Shown here: piece by piece, positions 48,102-56,903 of the stretch
Position numbering within the stretch: the stretch's first letter is position 1
Layout: each line of letters starts with the position of its first letter
Source: Candidatus Sungiibacteriota bacterium
Lineage (GTDB): Bacteria; Patescibacteriota; Minisyncoccia; Sungbacterales; JACQCQ01
NCBI GenBank assembly: GCA_016201505.1
Contig: JACQCQ010000002.1
Span: 76,750-140,749, forward strand
Direction of reading: 5' to 3'
DNA length: 64,000 bases
Translations under genes and position numbers: made by a program
The notes under the pieces: generated by a model
What the model was told of the DNA's origin: nothing
The model's input: only the letters and a program-made list of their open reading frames with translations
The model's database searches: none

Positions 48102-48671
48102 TCAGGCTTTTTTGACTCGCTCAACGTATTCGCCCGTTTCAGTGTTCACGCGCACCACGTCGTCTGGATTGATAAATAGAGGCGCCGAAACAACGGCGCC
48201 AGTTTCGAGAGTTACTGCCTTTGTTCCGCCTTGCGCCGTATCGCCGCGAAGCCCCGGCGGGGCTTCGGTCACTTTTAAGTCCATCTTAATGGGGAGAACG
48301 ATAGATATAATTTTGTCTTCCAGCATAACAGCCGTCACTTCAATATTCGGTTTCAGCCATTTTGTTTTTTCCCCGAGCACTGACTCTGGAATGGGGAATC
48401 GCCTTGACCGATCTTTGGGGTCACAAAACATGTATTCTCCGCGATGGCCGTATAAAAACAAAATCGACTTTTTTTCGATGTCGGCCTCTTGGAAGGCATC
48501 GGCTTGCTTGAAGGTCCGAGTTAAGACCTGGCCGGAAACGCAATTTCGAATGCGTGCTGTCGTATTTGACCCACCGCGTCCAATATGCGAGTGCGAAATC
48601 TCAAGCACCTCAAAAGGGCCTCCTTCGAGGATAATCAGTGAGCCGTGTTGTAAGTCATTCATGGAAAGCAT
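48102..48671 (-). CDS. efp: elongation factor P
   Basis: It has 'GGSNTTARIRN', 'PPGLRGDTAQGGTKAVTLETGAVVSAPLF' and 'GEYVERVK' motifs. The start was chosen at MLSMNDL (48671). Confidence 0.85.
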   Translation of the reverse strand: MLSMNDLQHGSLIILEGGPFEVLEISHSHIGRGGSNTTARIRNCVSGQVLTRTFKQADAFQEADIEKKSILFLYGHRGEYMFCDPKDRSRRFPIPESVLGEKTKWLKPNIEVTAVMLEDKIISIVLPIKMDLKVTEAPPGLRGDTAQGGTKAVTLETGAVVSAPLFINPDDVVRVNTETGEYVERVKKA

Positions 48672-48954
48672 GCCGGTCGAATTATGAACTAGGAATTGAG
48701 AATTACGCAAGTTGGGTTCTTGTTTTCTTACTAATTCTGGCTTCATGATTCAAGATTCCAGCCAATGTGGATAAAACGTTTCGGTTATTGGGTGTTTCAT
48801 CATAAAATTAAGATAGGTCAATAGATCTTCTTTTTGCCCTGACGCGTGTGGTCGGTCTTTGGGGATAGACAAAAGGAAGCTGACATGAAAATTTTGGAGG
48901 TTCTAAAGCTTTGATCTCCAGAATGATAGTTCATTATCGTTAACTCCAATTCAC

Positions 48955-49635
48955 ATGATACTTCAATACGGAGGAGACGCGATTGTCTCCTCACTCTACA
49001 ATACGTGGGCCTCGGTTATCTCTTTCATCCCCATGTTTTTGATAGCGTTAATTGTTTTCCTGATCGGCTGGATTGTGGCGGTGGCCATCGGCAAGCTTGT
49101 CGAAGAAGTGGTTAAGTCGCTTAAGATCGACAGCGTTCTGGAAAAACTCGAAGTCCACAAAGGACTTGATCGAGCCGGCATCAAATTAGATTCCGGCGCG
49201 TTTCTCGGCGGCCTGGTGCAGTGGTTTTTGGTTGCTGTCTTTTTGCTGGCGGCAGTTAATATTCTTAATCTGAATGAAGTCTCCGGATTTTTGCGCGATG
49301 TGCTCCTTTACATCCCGCGTGTCGCGGTGGCGGTCTTGATTCTGGTTATCGCGGCTCTTGTCGCGGAGACGGTAGAGAAAATTGTGCGCGCCTCGGTTGA
49401 GTCGGCCGGATTAAAAGGCGGACTGGTTGGCGCGGTCACGCGCTGGGCGATCTGGATCTTTGCGCTGATTGCAGCGCTCCAGCAATTGGGCGTTGCTTCC
49501 GCTCTCTTGGAAACATTGCTGACAGGTCTTGTCGGCATGATTGCGCTGGCCGGTGGACTGGCCTTTGGCCTTGGCGGAAAAGACGTGGCAGCTGATATTC
49601 TCTCCAAAGCTCGCCGCGAGATTCAGAATAAGTGA
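48955..49635 (+). CDS. membrane protein with repeated 'conserved TM helix' segments (MscS-associated type)
   Basis: 226 aa with 4–5 TM helices. No catalytic motif. Confidence 0.45.
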   Translation: MILQYGGDAIVSSLYNTWASVISFIPMFLIALIVFLIGWIVAVAIGKLVEEVVKSLKIDSVLEKLEVHKGLDRAGIKLDSGAFLGGLVQWFLVAVFLLAAVNILNLNEVSGFLRDVLLYIPRVAVAVLILVIAALVAETVEKIVRASVESAGLKGGLVGAVTRWAIWIFALIAALQQLGVASALLETLLTGLVGMIALAGGLAFGLGGKDVAADILSKARREIQNK

Positions 49636-49661
49636 AGCCAAAAATTGGTCGAAAACCAAGC

Positions 49662-49689
49662 AAAAATCCCGCCCTTAGGCGGGATTTTT
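49662..49689 (+). terminator. Rho-independent terminator aaaaatcccgcccttaggcgggattttt
   Basis: A perfect stem with a T-run. Confidence 0.7.
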
Positions 49690-50438
49690 GCGGGTTACGA
49701 GTCTATCCAAGAGTCAGCTTGACTTGCATTACGCTACTATAGTAGTATTTCTGAAGCTAGATTAAGGTAATTATTCGAAGCTATTTGATCAAATGCAAAC
49801 GTACTTCCAATTGAATACCACTGCGGCCTCGGATGAAAGAACATAAGCCCCTCTCGTAGGGAGACTTAGGTAGATGAGGTCGCCGGAAGGCGATTTTTCG
49901 TTCGAACGTCTTTTTAAAAACATTTGATTTCCCACCGAGAAATCAGATTCGCCACTCTCCTCGCGATCGCTTCGCGAACCGTGGTCGCTTCGTCGAGTGA
50001 GCGTTCTAAAAAGATATTCTTCACTTGAGCTTCGTAGGAAAGGTCGCTTCGCTCCCCACATTCAAGAAGTTGGAGATGACGACTAGTTAACTAGAAAACT
50101 AGAAAACTAATCGGTGTCTCTGAAAACGTTTTCGTACGCTTACGGAAAAAGTAGGAGGCAAGATTTTTGACATAAGGCTAATAATTGCAAAAGGGTAATA
50201 AACCGATGCTTCGCATCGGAATGTCTAATTTTCAATTTCTAATTTCTAAACTTTTTACGCCACATCGCTTCATTAGAAATTAGGTATTAGGAATTTGGAA
50301 TTTCCGATGCGGAGCATCGGAAAATTGTATTTTCAGTAAACTCTTTGGAGTTTATTGAAGCGTGATTCGATACAAATTTGTTATGTACCTGAATTGTGGA
50401 ATGTAGAAGTAACTAGACGAGAAGAGGGGAGACACTCT

Positions 50439-50675
50439 ATGACGATCGAAGCAGTGCGGAATCTGGAGAAGCGTCTCGGCGACGTAATCCATGTGGAGCT
50501 TGAGAAATTCTCGCGGCAGCACGCTTTCGTGGAGGGGCGCGGCTGGCTCTTGAAGGACGCTGACCACCACCTTCTTTTCCGGACGTCGCAGCAGATGGCT
50601 AGGGTGGCAGCTGGTATCTGCGCTCATCTCTGCACAGAGCGCCAGCCAATCTCGAAGCCGAGAAGAAGCACGTAG
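50439..50675 (+). CDS. hypothetical 78-aa GC-rich ORF in the rRNA leader region
   Basis: An RBS-like 'gagggga' precedes it. No motif. It may be non-coding leader sequence. Confidence 0.2.
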   Translation: MTIEAVRNLEKRLGDVIHVELEKFSRQHAFVEGRGWLLKDADHHLLFRTSQQMARVAAGICAHLCTERQPISKPRRST

Positions 50676-51133
50676 CGTTCATCATGGGGAAGGTCAGTAC
50701 GACTTCCCCTCCACAATTCAGGTACATACAAACATAAGTCGAATCGCAAATGGTTCGGCAGGCTCACCACAAGTGAATCTGTCGAACTTTCTCTCGATGA
50801 TTCTTGAGACTCGTAATTACATTACTTGTCCCGAGCGAAGTCGAGGGATCTCACTCGTTCTCTGATGAATGTCAGAGGACAAGAAAATAAAAAGCGGTTA
50901 TTAAGGGCGCATGGTGGATGCCTTGGCTTTAAACAGCGATGAAGGACGTAGCGTGCTTGCGATAAGCATCGGGGAGGTGGCGAGCAACCTTTGATCCGGT
51001 GATGTCCGAATGGGGAAACCCTAGGGGAGTAATGTTCCCTAACCCGTCGTGTAATAGCGATGTGGAGTCAACCTGGTGAAGTGAAACATCTCAGTAACCA
51101 GAGGAAAAGAAAACAAGTTGCTTCGCAACTTTT

Positions 51134-51203
51134 ATCAGCGAATAGCGAATCCCGTACGAATAAGCGAATTCGTTTATTCGAAAAGATTCGTAATTCGTTG
51201 ATG
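51134..51203 (+). repeat. IVS hairpin element copy A (71 nt)
   Basis: The sequence is atcagcgaatagcgaatcccgtacgaataagcgaattcgtttattcgaaaagattcgtaattcgttgatga. It is identical to the copy at 55191–55261. Confidence 0.75.
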
Positions 51204-51610
51204 ATCGAGCGCAGTGAACATTCCGTCAGTAGCGGCGAGCGAACGCGGAACAGCCTAGAGGAATCAGTTTGCTAGTTTACTAGTTCGCTGGTTCCAGTTG
51301 TAAGTTTAGTTCGTAAAAGAGCAATCTTTTGAAGAGTGTAAAAATTAAGACTTCGTTAGGAGAATGGTCCTGGAACGGCCAACCACAGAAGGTAATAGTC
51401 CTGTACACGAAAACGGTCTTATACTCTTGGAACTTTACTTGAGTACTGCCCAGTATGACGACTGGGTAGGAAGCAGGGAGAACTAGTCTCCCAAGGCTAA
51501 ATATGTTTAAAGACCGATAGTGAACCAGTACCGTGAGGGAAAGGTGAAAAGCAGCCCGGTGAGGGCGGTGAAATAGTACCTGAAACCATGTGCTTACAAG
51601 GAGTCGGAGC

Positions 51611-52110
51611 TCGCTTCGCTGACGAAGCGGTAGATTCAAAATCTTAAAACTGCAAAATCAAATATTTCCTTTTGTGTATCTGAATTGAAAAAATAAGGAG
51701 GTGTCAATGGCATACCCCCAAGATGAAATCGCACGCCTGCGGGAAATGCTGCGGCTTGATCAGATGTCGCCGGAAGAGCTGGTACGGTTTCTTAAACTGT
51801 TTTGGGAGATTACGGAGAGCAAGGTTCTCGAGCGCGGCGCCGAAGGCAAGGATGTCTTTAACGCCGGGTTGGCTGAATGGCTGCTCACGATTGCTGTAGT
51901 TGCCATCGTGCGGTCTTTTATTGATCGCGCTGACAAGAGAGCGATTGTCCGAACCCTCAAAGCCTCGTTACCGGCGAAGATTTGGGAAGTTTGCCGGCCG
52001 CTTTGCGAGCCCTTGCTCTCAATTCCCGGGGAGTGATCCGTCAGCCGACGGACTCCCCGTTCAATTCAGATACATAAAAATAGTTTTGAATTTTGTAGTT
52101 TAGTTTTTAA
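51611..52110 (+). mobile_element. helix-25 intervening sequence carrying a 110-aa ORF, flanked by perfect 12-bp inverted repeat gtatctgaattg / caattcagatac
   Basis: The insertion follows 'cttacaaggagtcggagc', the classic H25 IVS site. The inverted repeats lie at 51682–51693 and 52060–52071. Confidence 0.6.
51707..52036 (+). CDS. hypothetical 110-aa protein encoded inside 23S rRNA IVS (MAYPQDEIARLREML…)
   Basis: It has a strong RBS (AAGGAGG, 5 nt spacer). It is followed by the hairpin gatccgtcagccgacggactcccc. No known homing-endonuclease motif. Confidence 0.45.
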   Translation: MAYPQDEIARLREMLRLDQMSPEELVRFLKLFWEITESKVLERGAEGKDVFNAGLAEWLLTIAVVAIVRSFIDRADKRAIVRTLKASLPAKIWEVCRPLCEPLLSIPGE

Positions 52111-52389
52111 ATTTAGCGACGCGTCAGCGGAGCGAGTAACGGCATGCCTATTGAAGAATGAGCCAACGAGTGTATGGAGATTGCTTGCTTAACCCCGCCC
52201 TTTGCGCAGTAGCGCAAAAGGCGGAACTGACAGTCTACAGTCTACCGACTACAGCAGATGTTGTTGTTCATGCGGTAGTCAGTAGTCCGTGGTCAGTAGT
52301 CCGCCCCTTGTTAGTGAACAAAGGACGGGGGGAGGCGCAGGGAAACCGAGTGTTAACAGCGCGTAAGCACCTCACTTTGTTCGGTGCCT

Positions 52390-52461
52390 ATCAGCGAATA
52401 TCGAATCCAAAACGAATAAACGAATTCGTTTATTCGAAAAAGATTTGTAATTCGTTGATGA
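52390..52461 (+). repeat. IVS hairpin element copy B (~90% identical to A)
   Basis: atcagcgaatatcgaatccaaaacgaataaacgaattcgtttattcgaaaaagatttgtaattcgttgatga. Confidence 0.7.
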
Positions 52462-53030
52462 CCGAGCGAAGCGAGGCTGCATGTAGTCTTCATACGACCC
52501 GAAACCAAGTGAGCTACCCATGGGCAGGGTGAACTTTGAGTAACATCAAAGGGAGGCCCGAACCGGTTGGTCGTACAACGCCTTCGGATGACCTGTGGGT
52601 TGGAGTGAAAAGCTAATCGAACTTGGAAATAGCTGGTTCTCTTCGAAATAGCTTTAGGGCTAGCGTCAAATCACACCGTAATGGAGGTAGAGCACTGGAT
52701 GGACTGTAATGGGGCAACCCAGGCAGTCCAATCAAACTCCGAATGCCGTTACGCGTTATTTTGGCAGTCAGCAGGCGGGGGCTAAGCTCCGTCGTGCAAG
52801 AGGGAAACAGCCCAGACCGCCGATTAAGGTCCCTAAATCAATGCTAAGTGTATAAGGCGGTGGAATTTTTAAAACAGCGAGGAGGTTGGCTTAGAAGCAG
52901 CCATCCTTTAAAGAGTGCGTAACAGCTCACTCGTCAAAAGATTCTGCGCCACAAATGTAGCGGGGCTAAGCATTGTACCGAAGTCGCGGGTTGCGCGCTT
53001 CACTTTTGTTCAGCGCGCTCATCATCGAAT

Positions 53031-53116
53031 AGCGAATCACGAACGAATAAACGAATCACCATAACCGTATTCGTATATTCGCAGCAAATTCGTTATTCGC
53101 TGATAGAGCGCCGAGC
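53031..53116 (+). repeat. helix-45 IVS hairpin (diverged palindromic variant)
   Basis: The sequence is atcatcgaatagcgaatcacgaacgaataaacgaat…attcgttattcgctgatag. It lies at the canonical H45 IVS position, between 'gaagtcgcgggttgcg' and 'gagcgccgagcagc'. Confidence 0.6.
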
Positions 53117-54034
53117 AGCAGCGAGGCGCGTAACGGTAGAAGAGCATTTGCATCAGCAGTGAAGGAGGACCCGCGAGGGCCTCTGGAGCGGTGCGAAGAG
53201 AGAATGTTGGCACTAGTAACCGCAAGTTAGGTGAGAATCCTAACCGCCGAAAGTCCAAGGTTTCCTTGGCAATGCTAATCAGCTAAGGGTTAGTCGGTCC
53301 TAAGGGAATGGTGAAAACCGCACCCGATGGATACACGGTTAATATTCCGTGACTCGAGTTTTGATCGATGGCGGGACGGAGCGTTGTACATTCTATGGAT
53401 TATTGGATTTCCATTTCTGTTATGAGGAAAGCGCGTAGGCAAATCCGCGCGCTGGGTTAGACCCGCTTCCAAGTAATGGGATAATGCGTTTCTTCGGATT
53501 CGCAAATAGAAAGGAGCACGCTTCCCAGAAAAACGTCTAAGATTATCTTGACTCGAACCGTACCGCAAACCGACACAGGTGGACTAGTGGAGAACACTAA
53601 GGCGAACGGGTGAGACCTCGTTAAGGAACTCGGCAAAAAAGCGGCCGTAAGTTCGCAATAAGGCCTGCCTCATTGAGGCTGATAGAAGGAAAGAAAGCAC
53701 TGCACAGTGTTGGTTTTTGAATTTGTGTTTTGTGCAACGTATTCTCGAAAAGCGTTTGCATTTGTTCCAGCGACAAATGCAACTCGCCAAGCTCGCAAAA
53801 ACTTTTTGTTTCGACAAAAAGACCAAGCTTTTCGCTCGCTTGAGCGTTTTCTTAAATACGTTTGCACCGATATGGATTCTTGATCGAACACTGTGCAGTG
53901 CAAAAGAGAAAGGGCAGATTTTTGCTGATGCAAAAATCTGAAACTAGAAAACTAGAGCCGCGAAAGCGGCGTAACTAGAAAACTATAGTTGTAACTCTGA
54001 ATTGCGGAGTTAAATAGTTCGCTGGGGAAAAGGT

Positions 54035-54130
54035 ATGAACTCGCAAGGAGAAGTAACGCCACTGGCGTTGATGGGACTTGCGACCGTTTTTGCCATATAT
54101 CTTCTCTGCCAGCTCATCTGGGCGGGATAG
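54035..54130 (+). CDS. 31-aa hydrophobic mini-peptide MNSQGEVTPLALMGLATVFAIYLLCQLIWAG
   Basis: An RBS-like 'ggggaaaagg' precedes it. It lies inside the rRNA insertion. Confidence 0.3.
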   Translation: MNSQGEVTPLALMGLATVFAIYLLCQLIWAG

Positions 54131-54142
54131 TGGAGGATATGA

Positions 54143-54271
54143 ATGTCCAGGCTGGCGGCATATCCGCTGTTCCTTGTCTGTTGGACTCCGTTCATGATTG
54201 TGATCGGGTTCATCATCGGGATCATGATCGAGCGATCGGGTCGGATTCTTGCGGCCGAGGAGGAGGTATGA
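54143..54271 (+). CDS. 42-aa single-TM mini-peptide MSRLAAYPLFLVCWTPFMIVIGFIIGIMIERSGRILAAEEEV
   Basis: The RBS 'tggagga' precedes it. Its stop overlaps the next start (ATGA). Confidence 0.35.
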   Translation: MSRLAAYPLFLVCWTPFMIVIGFIIGIMIERSGRILAAEEEV

Positions 54272-54390
54272 GAACAGCCATCGGTTTTATGATCACTATT
54301 GGGATCATGGCTGCTGTTGTGATCATCGATCGGTGGTGCAAGCGGCGCCTGCCGATGCGCGGCATCTTCGGGCCGTATCGGCAGGCATAA
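54268..54390 (+). CDS. 40-aa single-TM mini-peptide MRTAIGFMITIGIMAAVVIIDRWCKRRLPMRGIFGPYRQA (paralog of previous)
   Basis: The RBS 'gaggaggagg' precedes it. It shares the 'IGF.I.IGIM' core with the upstream peptide. The hairpin gatccgtcagttgacggagactcccc follows. Confidence 0.35.
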   Translation: MRTAIGFMITIGIMAAVVIIDRWCKRRLPMRGIFGPYRQA

Positions 54391-55190
54391 GGAGACGAGG
54401 GAGTGCGATCCGTCAGTTGACGGAGACTCCCCCAACCCTACTAAAAATGTAGGGCCGCAATTCAGGGTTACAACAGGTCTAAGTTTAGGCGCGATTGCGC
54501 GAGCGAGCGGTAAGTTCTTAAAGAAAGGAGAAGTACGCGGACCGAAGAGGATCTGCCGAATCGAGGGCAGCACATGTGCATACCGGAGTAGTCGACGGTC
54601 ATTCGGCAAGACCTTACGCCCCTCCGCATAGTTCTTTGATCGCTCGTGCAAAAAAATATGGAGGGCGCAGACCTTCGGGTCTCGGTATAGGCAGGTAGCC
54701 TGCCCCTCCGCCATTCGCCAACTGGTGAAGCCAACTGGTGAAGCCAACTGGTGAACTCGAGCAGAGAGTCTCCCGCCAGGGTCTCTTCTCTGTAAAAGAT
54801 GGGCGGTCCCGCCGCCCGTTACTCGAGCACCCCAGCGGCCTCCCTAGCCCGGGGCCGCTGGGGTTCGAAAATCACTATGTCGGGCGCGACGTGAGCTCTC
54901 CTGGTAGGGGATTGCGTCGACTCACCCGGCAGAACGCGGCGGCGGTTCCCCCCGGAGCCGCCGCCGTCGTAAACACTTTTCTCTTATTTTTCTCCTCGAA
55001 ATTCGAAGTCGGATTTCGATCCTTCTATCAGCCTCTTTGAGGCCGCAGCGAAAGATTCTCTGGCGACTGTTTACCAAAAACACAGGTCCCTGCTAAACAC
55101 GTAAGTGGATGTATAGGGGCTGACGCCTGACCAATGCGAGAAGGTTAAAGATTGTGGTTGCTTCGCTCTTGCTTCGTAACATCAGCGAAT

Positions 55191-55261
55191 AGCGAATCCC
55201 GTACGAATAAGCGAATTCGTTTATTCGAAAAGATTCGTAATTCGTTGATGAAAAGCTGTGG
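55191..55261 (+). repeat. IVS hairpin element copy C (identical to copy A)
   Basis: The 71-nt sequence is identical to 51134–51203. Confidence 0.75.
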
Positions 55262-55329
55262 AGCGTGAGCGGAGCAGCTAACGGTCCCAAGCCCTCGTCA
55301 ATGTCAGCGATAACTATAAGTAACGATTG

Positions 55330-56140
55330 TAGTTATAAAATTTGGCTATATGTTCCCAATTTGTCTGCGAGCGTTAGCGAGTGGCTAACAAATCGCAATC
55401 CCGTGGCCTTACAGTCACGAGACAAAACAAATTCGGGAAACCCGAAGTCACGCCGCGCAATACGAAAGTGTTGGTTGCGGGGGAAGGCTTTGGGGACTGG
55501 AAAACCCGCGAATGCAGAAGTACTTCAATACCACGTAGTATTGAAGTAACAATCTTCTGCCGATTCGTGAAGGTAAGATGGATGTATTCCGCTCGCAATA
55601 TGAACGGATGTATCCGCCGAAGCCTTGGCGAAGGCGGACAATCAGCAGGAAAGATTCTAATTGGTAAAAATTAGAAAATCCTCAGAGACTACACGCCAAA
55701 CTCTTCAATGCACTCGAGTCTGTCGAGCTAATTGGATAGATGATATAGTCCGAACTCTATGGTGACATAGAGAGTTGACCCGAGAGAGGGTCAGAGTAAC
55801 ACTAAATGAATCGTTCTAAGGTGAATAACACTGCCTTAGTAAAATCTAGCTATATCGGTGAACACCTTACACTTTAATACTTTAAAGTATTAAAGTGTAA
55901 GACAATACCGAGGCAACCCCGCCAAAATTTTGCACGAGCAAAACTTAGGCGGGTGAGTCCGTAGAGACTACACGCTAGACTCCAATCCGCAGTTGGCGGA
56001 GGAGAAGATATAGTCCGGCCTCTATGGCGACATAGAGAGATGCAGAGAAATCGTGCATCCGGATTCATGATTCATAATTCTTGCTTGCCCTTCCGTAGCT
56101 CTAGAGAGCAAAGGAGGGATTCATGATTCTAGTAACAATT
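55330..56140 (+). mobile_element. ~0.8-kb ORF-less insertion (group I intron-like) at the 23S 1917–1931 (I-CeuI site) region
   Basis: It interrupts 'taactataa | …gcgtaattccttgtcgggtaag'. It contains an internal ~100-nt duplication (55680–55800 versus 55958–56060). It also contains the 36-bp perfect palindrome cttacactttaatactttaaagtattaaagtgtaag (55866–55901). Confidence 0.45.
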
Positions 56141-56739
56141 CGAGCGTAATTCCTTGTCGGGTAAGTTCCGACGTGCACGAAAGGCGTAACGACTGGAGAA
56201 CTGTCTCAACGAGGTGCCCGGTGAAAATACAATATCGGTGAAGATGCCGATTACCCACAGATAGACGAAAAGACCCCGGGAGCTTTACTGCAGCTTGATA
56301 TTGGCAATGAATACTTTATGCGTAGCATAGATGGGAGACTTTGAAGTCGTGGTTTCGGCCATGATGGAGTCGCCAGTGAAATACCATTCTTAAAGAATTC
56401 TTTGTCTAACTTGTAGAGACGAAACTCTATGCAGACAGTGTCTGGCGGGCAGTTTAAGTGGGGCACTTGCCTCCCAAAAAGTAATGGAGGCGTTTATTAA
56501 GGTTGGCTAGCGCCGGATGGAAATCGGCGTCGTCCCGTAAAGGGAAATGCCAGCTTGACTGCAAGGCGGGTATGCCGCGCAGGTGCGAAAGCAGAACTTA
56601 GTGATCCGATGGCTATGGTTGTTTAGTTTACTAGTTTCGGTCTTTATTGACCTACTGGTTTTCTAGTTTTCGAACTAGTTAACTAGAAAACTGGTGAACT
56701 GATCAATTTCTTGCTAGAACAAGGCCAAAGCTCATCAGC

Positions 56740-56770
<31 letters not shown>

Positions 56771-56903
56771 GCTTCCAAGAGTTCATATCGACGAAGCGGT
56801 TCGGCACCTCGATGTCGGCTCGGCTTATCCTGGAGGTGGAGAAGCTTCCAAGGGTTTGGCTGTTCGCCAATTAAAAAGTCACGCGAGCTGGGTTCAAACC
56901 GTC

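Larger units (their letters stand above)
53693..55020 (+). mobile_element. 1.3-kb GC-rich insertion in the loop of 23S helix 63 (flanked by rRNA stem gctgatagaagg / ccttctatcagc)
   Basis: It contains, in order:
- The internal inverted repeat 'gaaagcactgcacagtgttgg…ccaacactgtgcagtgc'.
- Three RBS-preceded mini-ORFs at 54035–54390.
- A GCCAACTGGTGAA ×3 tandem at 54717–54755.
- GC-rich stem-loops. Confidence 0.6.

Noticed and set aside
49640-50890. Looked for a 16S rRNA gene and tRNAs upstream of the 23S
   Set aside because: No 16S signatures are present (gtgccagcagccgcggtaa, gtacacaccgcccgt, aagtcgtaacaaggt). No convincing cloverleaf or T-loop GTTCGAATC-type motif was found. The rRNA locus here appears to be 23S–5S only.
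54010-54747. 245-aa minus-strand ORF inside the helix-63 rRNA insertion
   Set aside because: It is a low-complexity, Pro/Ser/Arg-rich translation of GC-rich structured sequence. It has no RBS and is opposite to the rRNA transcription direction. The + strand mini-ORFs with SD sequences are better supported.
55381-55674. 97-aa ORF inside the 1917–1931-site insertion as a possible homing endonuclease
   Set aside because: No LAGLIDADG, GIY-YIG, HNH or His-Cys box motifs are present. It has no RBS, and a comparably long ORF overlaps it on the opposite strand. It is treated as non-coding intron sequence.
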